This document shows, piece after piece, positions 57,060-63,976 of a stretch of DNA of 64,000 nt (its first letter is position 1; every line of letters starts with the position of its first letter). Below the pieces are notes generated by a model. That model was not told where the DNA came from, did not search any database, and saw only the letters and a list, made by a program, of their open reading frames with translations. The translations under genes and the position numbers were made by a program. Where the stretch lies: the IMG/VR virus record IMGVR_UViG_3300032240_001991, positions 62,001-126,000 of that record; one strand, written 5' to 3'.

Positions 57060-57183
57060 AGATAAGATTAAATCTTTAGAATCTATAATTAATTCTTTAA
57101 CTAGACGGCTTTCTCTTTTAGAAAAAGAAAATGTTCGTCGTAAAAGAGATGTTGAGGAATTAAAAAGAAATGTCAGAAAATAA
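57046..57183 (+). CDS. 45-aa coiled-coil protein (not in the ORF track)
   Basis: MKNPEDKIKSLESIINSLTRRLSLLEKENVRRKRDVEELKRNVRK; GAGG RBS. Confidence 0.55.
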   Translation: MKNPEDKIKSLESIINSLTRRLSLLEKENVRRKRDVEELKRNVRK

Positions 57184-57553
57184 TATCAAAGAGTGGTTAC
57201 ATCTACATCGTGCAAATTTAGTAGATTCTAACAAACGTGCATATAAGCACACTAGAATGAATACTAAATTTTTTCAGCATAACGACTATAACATTGTAGA
57301 CAATCAAGAGATTTATCTAGAAACAGAAACACTTTATACAATAGAAATATCAGAAACCGAATTAGAACGTATTGCTGATTTTGAAAATCAAGTGTTTAAT
57401 AATTTAAGAAGAGACGGGCATTTTAATCTTTTTCAAAATGTCATGGATCAAAAACAAAGAGAAAAGTTTTTAAAAGACAAATATCCTGCTGTTAAAAAAG
57501 CATATGAGCAATATAGCTTAATGCTTAAGATGGCAGAAAGCGGAGAATTATAA
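57170..57553 (+). CDS. Hypothetical protein
   Basis: YPAVKKAYEQYSLMLK motif. Confidence 0.75.
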   Translation: MSENNIKEWLHLHRANLVDSNKRAYKHTRMNTKFFQHNDYNIVDNQEIYLETETLYTIEISETELERIADFENQVFNNLRRDGHFNLFQNVMDQKQREKFLKDKYPAVKKAYEQYSLMLKMAESGEL

Positions 57554-57556
57554 GGA

Positions 57557-57853
57557 GTGAATATGTTAATTAAAAAAGGTCCCACTATTGGCGATGTAGT
57601 GAGTATTAAAATCATCAACGGTGATGAGATTATTGCAAGATTTGAAGGTGAAGATAATGACAGTATCACGTTTAGCCGTCCGTTAGCAGTTTTGCTAGAC
57701 CCGCGTGGCGGAATGGGTATGATCCCATGGATGTTCCTTGGGGACGCAGAATCTCATACGATTCTTAGAAATCAATATTTTAGTATGGTTCCTACTAAGG
57801 AAGATGCTGCTAAACAATATATGGAAGGTACTACTGGTATAGCCTTGCGATAA
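57557..57853 (+). CDS. Small conserved phage protein (Sm-like fold possible)
   Basis: VVSIKIINGDEIIAR...RPL...Y..GTTGI; AAGGAG RBS. Confidence 0.75.
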   Translation: MNMLIKKGPTIGDVVSIKIINGDEIIARFEGEDNDSITFSRPLAVLLDPRGGMGMIPWMFLGDAESHTILRNQYFSMVPTKEDAAKQYMEGTTGIALR

Positions 57854-57862
57854 ATATAGATA

Positions 57863-58258
57863 ATGTCAAACATCTATGTTAGTTCGTCAACAGGTTGGAT
57901 AGTTGTTTCCACAACTACCGTTACACTTAGTCCAGGAGATATATTAACTCCTCAAAGTGGATCTCTTGTTATCGACTATTCGCCGGTACTAGAAAGAATA
58001 GCAGTTGCTTTAGAAGGCATACAAGCTATGAATTCTAGTACTCAGAATAAACTAGGATCGGTGTTAGACCTTGGTACATCAACAGGTATTAGAGTTACTA
58101 CTCCTTATGAGTGGACTAAAGGAATTTCTGCATATGAATGGTATGTACAGCAAATTCATTTACTCAGACCGGAAATGACCACATCTACTACATACGATGA
58201 GATGGTTACATCTGTAAATGCTATTTTAACTGCAACAGATTTCCCATCCTTCGTATAA
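57863..58258 (+). CDS. Putative virion protein
   Basis: TAAATA 6 nt before the ATG; LERIA.ALE motif. Confidence 0.65.
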   Translation: MSNIYVSSSTGWIVVSTTTVTLSPGDILTPQSGSLVIDYSPVLERIAVALEGIQAMNSSTQNKLGSVLDLGTSTGIRVTTPYEWTKGISAYEWYVQQIHLLRPEMTTSTTYDEMVTSVNAILTATDFPSFV

Positions 58259-58267
58259 GGAAAAAAT

Positions 58268-59131
58268 ATGCCATACGTACAAGCAGGAACGCCGCAAAAA
58301 TGGGCCAATCTTCCGGGTGTACAAGATGTTTTCCACAGTAGTAACGTTTATGCTAATAACGTTGCTATTGCCCTTTGGCAAGATCCAGCAGGTGGAACCA
58401 GTTCTGCATTTGCCAATGATATTGCTGTAGATCCAGTTACTATTGATCCTGATATTGTTGCAGCGGTTAATGCAAAAAATGCTGCTTATGTAGCTAATCC
58501 TCGAGCATTTGCTATGCCTTCTAGCTCTGTAGCTCAAAATGCTGTTGAGCCTAATTATCAGGGAACTCCGGATCAAGTAACTACTAGCACAGGCGAACTT
58601 ACAGTTCCTGTTGCGGACGGAATTGTACCTTGGTTAACTGCTAGAGTAGAAGAAGCTGGTAGAGGTTTATGGTCTAGGACATATCAATCAACTGGTGTTA
58701 GTAATCCTAACATTATGAGCATCTGGTCTAGTATTGGTTTGAGAGGATTTACAAATGATACTGTTCCATGGTGTATGGGTTTTGTTAACTTTGCACTAAA
58801 GCAGACAGGATATCGATGGTGCCGAGAAGCTGGTGCTATTGCTATCAAGAATGGTCCAACTAGATGGAATGCTACTGAGATACCACTTAATCAAGGTCAG
58901 CCTGGCGATATTGCACTTTGGGACTACGGTGGACCTAAACACGTAAACTTTGTTTATACTGTTAATAAAGGAAGATATACTTTTGCAGGCGGAAATCAAG
59001 GCGGAAAAAATGTAAACAATAATAACCCGTCTCATAGTACAGTATCTATTTCTTGGCCTGGAGGATGGTCTGTATCTAACAACAAACCAGGAAGCACATT
59101 AGTTGGCTTATGGAGACCAAGTAAGACTTAA
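58268..59131 (+). CDS. Virion-associated CHAP/NlpC-P60-like peptidoglycan hydrolase (TIGR02594-like)
   Basis: PWCMGFVNFALKQTG, QPGDIALW, HVNFV, GGNQ. Confidence 0.8.
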   Translation: MPYVQAGTPQKWANLPGVQDVFHSSNVYANNVAIALWQDPAGGTSSAFANDIAVDPVTIDPDIVAAVNAKNAAYVANPRAFAMPSSSVAQNAVEPNYQGTPDQVTTSTGELTVPVADGIVPWLTARVEEAGRGLWSRTYQSTGVSNPNIMSIWSSIGLRGFTNDTVPWCMGFVNFALKQTGYRWCREAGAIAIKNGPTRWNATEIPLNQGQPGDIALWDYGGPKHVNFVYTVNKGRYTFAGGNQGGKNVNNNNPSHSTVSISWPGGWSVSNNKPGSTLVGLWRPSKT

Positions 59132-59139
59132 ATATATTT

Positions 59140-59234
59140 GATCTAGAAGGGAGTAAACTTGCGTAGCGAGTTGTTATAGTGAAAGGCTATAAGTCTAAAC
59201 GAAGGAAAAACAAGGCCCTTTGGAGTTCGTTAGG
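59140..59234 (+). ncRNA. Candidate structured RNA upstream of tmRNA
   Basis: After TAAATA 59129-59134; two hairpins plus crossing pairings GAAGGG/CCCTTT and CTAAACGAA/TTCGTTAG. Confidence 0.4.
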
Positions 59235-59263
59235 TTGACAACATTCCTAAATTGTTGTATAGT
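59235..59263 (+). promoter_or_regulatory. sigma70 promoter of tmRNA
   Basis: TTGACA-17 nt-TATAGT. Confidence 0.8.
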
Positions 59264-59269
59264 TTTTTT

Positions 59270-59600
59270 AATGGTAGTAAACTTTTAGCTAAAGGTGTTT
59301 TGGACGGGGGTGCGATTCCCCCCACCTCCACCAAAAGCATATGACTCTGGATACTGTGGTGCACATACGGTTCCTGAACATTAGGATAATAGGTAGTCCT
59401 AGTATGCTTTTGATGGGGGTGACCAGTTTCGACAGAGCAAGTAATAACCTGAAGGCTACCAGTGAGGCGACTGACTTAATCAGCGCAAAAACTATAAACG
59501 CAAACGATGACGTTTATGCTATGGAGCTTGCTGCTTAATTGCAGAGTTAGCATACCAGAGCTAACCACTTGTTAACAGAACGGTTAAGTAGGGGGAGTAA
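59270..59600 (+). ncRNA. ssrA: Permuted (two-piece) tmRNA: acceptor piece about 59270-59333, intervening segment 59334-59414, coding piece 59415-about 59590; tag ANDDVYAMELAA
   Basis: T-arm GGGGG-TGCGATT-CCCCC and CACCTCC-A-CCA come before the 5' GGGGGTG..TTTCGAC; G3:U70 pair; resume codon GCA at 59500, stop at 59536-59538. Confidence 0.93.
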
Positions 59601-59620
59601 AATCTCCCTATTTTATATTT
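59589..59620 (+). terminator. Terminator after tmRNA
   Basis: TAGGGGGAG-taaaa-TCTCCCTA followed by TTTTATATTT. Confidence 0.7.
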
Positions 59621-59625
59621 AGACA

Positions 59626-60258
59626 ATGAGAGAAATAATGAAAATTAAAGATAAATTGTATCCTAATGGTTCACCATACGAAAATGCAGAAATTTTACCG
59701 TACGATACACAGCATTTTCTTAATTATCCAACAGCATTAGTGCAAGGTATACAAACTATTCTTCCAAAAAGAATTATAGAAGTTGGATCATGGAAAGGTC
59801 ACTCTGCTAACTACATGGCAAAAGTTTGCCTACAATATACAGACAATTTTGAAATTGTTTGTATTGATACTTTTCTAGGTTCTGCTGAACATTATACACA
59901 TCCTGATCACTCAAAGGGATTACCTAGAAAAAATAATCTTACTAACCTGTTAAGTACTTTTCTTTCTAATACTATTCAAGAAAATAATACCAAATATATT
60001 ACTCCATTCCCTGTTGATTCAAATACTGGATTTCTTGTATTAAAAGAATGGGGATACCTTGCAGATTTAATCTACATTGACGGATCGCATGATTATAGAT
60101 CGGTCACTATTGACATTATGAACTACAGACAACTTGTAAGACGAGGAGGGGTTATGATCTTTGACGATTACCTGCATCCTCCTACAGGATATGCAATTGA
60201 CGATAATCTTAGCGGCGGTCAGGTGATTGACGGAAAATACTTTTGGGTTAATAACTAG
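59626..60258 (+). CDS. Class I SAM methyltransferase (Methyltransf_24-like)
   Basis: IIEVGSWKGHS, VCIDTF.GS, LIYIDGSH.Y, GGVMIFDDY. Confidence 0.88.
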   Translation: MREIMKIKDKLYPNGSPYENAEILPYDTQHFLNYPTALVQGIQTILPKRIIEVGSWKGHSANYMAKVCLQYTDNFEIVCIDTFLGSAEHYTHPDHSKGLPRKNNLTNLLSTFLSNTIQENNTKYITPFPVDSNTGFLVLKEWGYLADLIYIDGSHDYRSVTIDIMNYRQLVRRGGVMIFDDYLHPPTGYAIDDNLSGGQVIDGKYFWVNN

Positions 60259-60260
60259 TT

Positions 60261-60452
60261 TTATTTCTTTTTACCAGACTTCATATTAGCACACCAATGC
60301 GCCATTCTGCGTTTTTCGCCTGTGCTATTTTTAGCAACGCTGCGCAGTTTGCTTACACTCTGCTTGCAATTGACACCTGAACGTTTGGCTAGTCCTTTGC
60401 GACCCGGCTTTTTGCCATCAGCAAAGTTTTCTAGTAACTCATTTATACGCAT
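60261..60452 (-). CDS. Small basic protein with a capsid-targeting-like N-terminus
   Basis: MRINELLE then a K/R-rich module; TAAATA 4 nt before ATG 60452. Confidence 0.8.
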   Translation of the reverse strand: MRINELLENFADGKKPGRKGLAKRSGVNCKQSVSKLRSVAKNSTGEKRRMAHWCANMKSGKKK

Positions 60453-60485
60453 CACGTATTTATGATTGAATAAATTAAGTACACT

Positions 60486-61244
60486 ATGCCTAAAATATTT
60501 GATAGATTGTATTATGTAGGTCCTCTTGGGTTGGGCGACAGTTTTTTACATAACGGAATTGTACATCACTTTGCTAGTCAATGTTTTGAATTACATGTTC
60601 CTGCTTGGCCACAGATACACAAAACCGTTGCTTGCCTTTATCAAGATTTTCCAAATATTAAAGTTGTTCCGCTTAGACATTACGACGAAGGTGAAAATCA
60701 ATATATCGCAGAACAAAAGCTTTCTCGAATTTTACCTAACGATATGATTCGAATTAATAGTTCTACCGGAGAACCAATGGCGCCTCTTTGGGATGTGCAA
60801 GTCTATGCATATTATGGATTATCGTTTTCTTTAAGGTACAATAATTTTCATTTACCAAAACACGTAGAAGGCGCAGAAGAACTTTATCAAGATTTGTCTA
60901 AAGGAGAGCCTTACATCTTAGTTCACAAAAGATCTTCTAAGTATCCAACTGGATTTCCTATTGATATTAATAACTTTAGAAAGAATGCTGGATTACCAAC
61001 ATTAAAAGTTGTTGAAGTGCAAGAAGGCATTACAGATAATATGATGCAGTATGTTAAACTTATTGAAAATGCAGAGGAAATCCATTGTGTTGCCAGCAGC
61101 TTCCATTGTTTAGTAGACAGCATATATAATAGAACTAAAGGACGATTATTTTTCCATGACATACGAGCAGATGCTCTAATGAAAATTAATTCTCATGATA
61201 ACCAATTTAGTTGGCAAATAGTTGATTACGGTGTTAAACTATAA
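60486..61244 (+). CDS. Glycosyltransferase-like protein (GT9-like fold)
   Basis: LGLGDSFLHNGIV; LIENAEEIHCVASSF. Confidence 0.6.
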   Translation: MPKIFDRLYYVGPLGLGDSFLHNGIVHHFASQCFELHVPAWPQIHKTVACLYQDFPNIKVVPLRHYDEGENQYIAEQKLSRILPNDMIRINSSTGEPMAPLWDVQVYAYYGLSFSLRYNNFHLPKHVEGAEELYQDLSKGEPYILVHKRSSKYPTGFPIDINNFRKNAGLPTLKVVEVQEGITDNMMQYVKLIENAEEIHCVASSFHCLVDSIYNRTKGRLFFHDIRADALMKINSHDNQFSWQIVDYGVKL

Positions 61245-61260
61245 TACATATTTGTAAGGA

Positions 61261-61812
61261 GTGAATATGGCTAGTAAGAAACAAAAAAAGGTTCCAATGA
61301 ATGTAGTCTTCAAGACTCGTGTTCATGACGAATCAGTTGAAGGACCAAATCCTTATCGTTGGCAAGATGTTACCAGCAAGGATCTTTTTAAGGGTAAGCG
61401 AGTAGTGCTGTTTGCACTCCCGGGCGCCTTTACACCAACTTGCAGTAACTATCAGCTGCCTACCTACGAAAAGCTCTATAAGGATTTTCAGAAGGCAGGA
61501 GTAGATGATATCTATTGCTTGAGCGTTAACGACGCTTTTGTTATGTTCCAGTGGGGCAAAGCACAGAAGGTTAAGAACGTTAAGCTTATCCCAGACGGAA
61601 GTGGATCTTTTACTGACAAGATGGGTATGCTTGTTAAGAAGGATAACTTGGGTTTTGGTAAGCGTAGCTGGCGCTATGCTATGGTCGTTAATGACGGTGT
61701 AATTGAAGAGATGTTTGTTGAACCAGGTAAGAAACATAATATGGACACAGATCCTTACGAAGTTTCAAATCCTGAAACTGTTCTTCGATATCTTTTGAAT
61801 AACGCAGCGTAA
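61261..61812 (+). CDS. Peroxiredoxin (Prx5/Redoxin type)
   Basis: LFALPGAFTPTCS, SVNDAFVM..WG, PDG.G.FT..MG, RSWRYAMVV.DG. Confidence 0.95.
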   Translation: MNMASKKQKKVPMNVVFKTRVHDESVEGPNPYRWQDVTSKDLFKGKRVVLFALPGAFTPTCSNYQLPTYEKLYKDFQKAGVDDIYCLSVNDAFVMFQWGKAQKVKNVKLIPDGSGSFTDKMGMLVKKDNLGFGKRSWRYAMVVNDGVIEEMFVEPGKKHNMDTDPYEVSNPETVLRYLLNNAA

Positions 61813-61813
61813 T

Positions 61814-62059
61814 ATGAAAGGTGTTTCTACTTTACAGGACCTTAAACCTATGCTAGAGAATGCAGGATTTAAAGTTACGTCGGGCGGTTGGTATGTAACA
61901 ACTGTTCACGGAAATTGGGGAATTGCACACGGTGAAGTTTATCTAAACAATGTTCCAATTAAAACTATAGCAGAAGCACCTATTCCCAAGCAGACTAAAA
62001 AGGCTGCTAAAAAGAAGACGGCTAAAAAGAAAGCCGCTAAAAAGAAAACCAAAAAATAA
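61814..62059 (+). CDS. Small protein with a Lys/Ala-rich histone-like tail
   Basis: C-terminal KKAAKKKTAKKKAAKKKTKK. Confidence 0.7.
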   Translation: MKGVSTLQDLKPMLENAGFKVTSGGWYVTTVHGNWGIAHGEVYLNNVPIKTIAEAPIPKQTKKAAKKKTAKKKAAKKKTKK

Positions 62060-62063
62060 CTTT

Positions 62064-62086
62064 AGGGCTCGTTTGGGCCCTTTTTT
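62064..62086 (+). terminator. Rho-independent terminator
   Basis: AGGGCTC-gttt-GGGCCCT followed by a T run. Confidence 0.8.
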
Positions 62087-62088
62087 GG

Positions 62089-62116
62089 TTGCATCTTTTG
62101 GTAAAACCTGTATAAT
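62089..62116 (+). promoter_or_regulatory. Early promoter with GGTAAAACC box (TAAATA late element follows)
   Basis: TTGCAT-cttttGGTAAAACCtg-TATAAT; TAAATA at about 62128. Confidence 0.75.
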
Positions 62117-62151
62117 AATACTTGTGATAAATATTCAAAAGGGTTAGACTT

Positions 62152-62373
62152 ATGAAGTTAGGTGAAATTGTTAACTTTTATCAGACCGCGTCAGACGATG
62201 CTCTCTTAGAACATGTTGAACAGAATAACGACACCGGTCTTTCTTCAACAGATGTAGTTAAGATTATTCGTACGGGCAATGATCCCGGTGCATGGAGCGA
62301 GCCAATGACTGGAGATCAGTTATCAGAATATCTAGTTCAATTAGTAGGAACTCCAAAGAATGTCCAAAAATAA
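62152..62373 (+). CDS. Small acidic protein, possible partner/antitoxin of the YafQ-like RNase
   Basis: 73 aa, acidic, 14-bp overlap with the downstream RelE-fold gene. Confidence 0.55.
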   Translation: MKLGEIVNFYQTASDDALLEHVEQNNDTGLSSTDVVKIIRTGNDPGAWSEPMTGDQLSEYLVQLVGTPKNVQK

Positions 62374-62785
62374 AGGCAAACAACAACCTGTTGTTGCGCC
62401 TCCTACTGCGGCAAAGGCAGTTTTTAAGATTTGTGATCTTTTTGCTTCAACATTCAAAGAAAAAACTCAAGTTGATAGTTCTTTATTAGAAAAATTTGAA
62501 AACTTTAAAAAAACTAAAGAGAATGATCCGTTAGCTAGGTTTGGGGGCAGCGATAGATTATTTGTTTCTGGTGCTCCTTTAAGAAATGCTATACCTGGCG
62601 AAAATTTAGGTCATGCTCATTTAACACAAGACCTTAGCGTTGTTTATTCAATATCCGGAAAAAATCCCACTATTGTTAAACTTTACGGAGTATTCACTCA
62701 CGCAGAGTTAGGCACTGGCACACCGCCAAAGATTAAAACACAGCAGCAGATGGCTAAGACATTTTCTAACCAAAGATTCACTTAA
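62360..62785 (+). CDS. YafQ/RelE-family mRNA interferase-like protein
   Basis: GHAHLTQDLSVVYSI...LYGVFTHAELG aligns with YafQ RDAHVEPDWILIYKL...ERTGTHAALFG. Confidence 0.68.
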   Translation: MSKNKGKQQPVVAPPTAAKAVFKICDLFASTFKEKTQVDSSLLEKFENFKKTKENDPLARFGGSDRLFVSGAPLRNAIPGENLGHAHLTQDLSVVYSISGKNPTIVKLYGVFTHAELGTGTPPKIKTQQQMAKTFSNQRFT

Positions 62786-62790
62786 CAGAA

Positions 62791-62819
62791 TTGACTTCTA
62801 CTAAATAGAACTGTATAAT
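62791..62819 (+). promoter_or_regulatory. sigma70 promoter (with internal TAAATA) of the NAD-salvage operon
   Basis: TTGACT-tctacTAAATAgaactg(17)-TATAAT. Confidence 0.8.
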
Positions 62820-62828
62820 ATTATACAT

Positions 62829-62870
62829 AGAGCAGGGTAGACCAGCTCTTACAACAACAGGAGTAGATCC
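62829..62870 (+). promoter_or_regulatory. Twin GUAGA-loop RNA hairpin leader, copy 1
   Basis: AGAGC-A-GG[GTAGA]CC-A-GCTCT...GGA[GTAGA]TCC, 2 nt before the ATG. Confidence 0.8.
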
Positions 62871-62872
62871 AT

Positions 62873-63928
62873 ATGAAAAATAAATCCCAAGGGTGGACTG
62901 ACCGCGGCATTGAACCAAGACAGTACGACTTAGCAGTCGTAATTGGTCGATTCCAACCTTTCCACAATGCCCACGAAAAACTAATTGAACATGCCAAACA
63001 GCATAGTAAAGATGTATTGGTTCTGATTGGTAGTTCGTTTATTGCCCGCAACATTAAGAACCCGTTTACCTATGACGAACGTGTTGCTATGTTGCCAGAT
63101 GATGTAGTAGCTGCGCCAATTGAAGACGAACTTTATAATGACCAGCACTGGGTTGCTCGAGTACAGCAGCAGATTGAAGAAGAGTTGCACAATGTTTATG
63201 GCAATGTCTCTGATCGAACTGTTTGTATTGTTGGGCATGAGAAAGACGACAGTAGCCAATACTTGCGGTGGTTCCCGCAATATGACTTTGTAGAAGTGCC
63301 TAGTTTTGCTACATTAGACAGCACTAAGATCCGAGACATTCTGTTTGGAAGTGAAATGATTCCAGCGGATGTTATGCCTGAGCGTGTACAGGCCTTTATC
63401 AAGGCTTGGTGTATCAGTAACGAAGAGATTTATTTTAATCTCTGCGCCGAGCACAAGTTTATTAAAGACTATAAGCAGATGTGGAGCGCAGCACCATTTC
63501 AGCCTGTGTTTGTTACAACCGATGCTGTAGTTATTTGCCAAGGACACATCCTGCTTATTAAGCGTCGTATGGCGCCAGGTAAGGGTCTGTGGGCATTGCC
63601 CGGCGGATTTCTTGGACCAAATGAAAAAATTGAAGATTCTATGATTCGTGAACTAGAAGAAGAAACTCGTATCCGTGTTAACCGAGACATGCTACTCGCA
63701 TGTACTAAAGGATCACATGTGTTTGACCATCCTCGCCGCAGCGAACGTGGCAGGACAATTACTCATGCTTATCTGGTCGTACTGCAAGAACGAACTCTTC
63801 CTAAAGTGCGCGGATCAGATGATGCTGAGAGGGCGAAGTGGGTCCCGCTTTCTGAGTTTTATGATATGACGGACCAAATGTATGAAGATCATTATTCAAT
63901 CGCCACATACATGATTAATCGAGCCTAA
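62873..63928 (+). CDS. nadM: Bifunctional NMN adenylyltransferase / ADP-ribose pyrophosphatase (NadM-Nudix)
   Basis: IGRFQPFHNAH (HxxH), KNPFTYDER, LDSTKIR; Nudix box GLWALPGGF...E...RELEEET; RGSDDA. Confidence 0.95.
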   Translation: MKNKSQGWTDRGIEPRQYDLAVVIGRFQPFHNAHEKLIEHAKQHSKDVLVLIGSSFIARNIKNPFTYDERVAMLPDDVVAAPIEDELYNDQHWVARVQQQIEEELHNVYGNVSDRTVCIVGHEKDDSSQYLRWFPQYDFVEVPSFATLDSTKIRDILFGSEMIPADVMPERVQAFIKAWCISNEEIYFNLCAEHKFIKDYKQMWSAAPFQPVFVTTDAVVICQGHILLIKRRMAPGKGLWALPGGFLGPNEKIEDSMIRELEEETRIRVNRDMLLACTKGSHVFDHPRRSERGRTITHAYLVVLQERTLPKVRGSDDAERAKWVPLSEFYDMTDQMYEDHYSIATYMINRA

Positions 63929-63974
63929 GTGCAGGGTAGACCAGCACTATTTTTAACAATTAAGGAGTAGATCC
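63928..63974 (+). promoter_or_regulatory. Twin GUAGA-loop RNA hairpin leader, copy 2
   Basis: AGTGC-A-GG[GTAGA]CC-A-GCACT...GGA[GTAGA]TCC, 2 nt before the ATG. Confidence 0.8.
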
Positions 63975-63976
63975 AA

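Noticed and set aside
62829-63974. GTAGA elements as an NrtR-type DNA palindrome
   Set aside because: The elements are strand-specific hairpins with asymmetric identical loops and compensatory stem changes, positioned over the SD, which fits RNA-level rather than dyad DNA recognition; no NrtR gene is in the window. Not formally excluded
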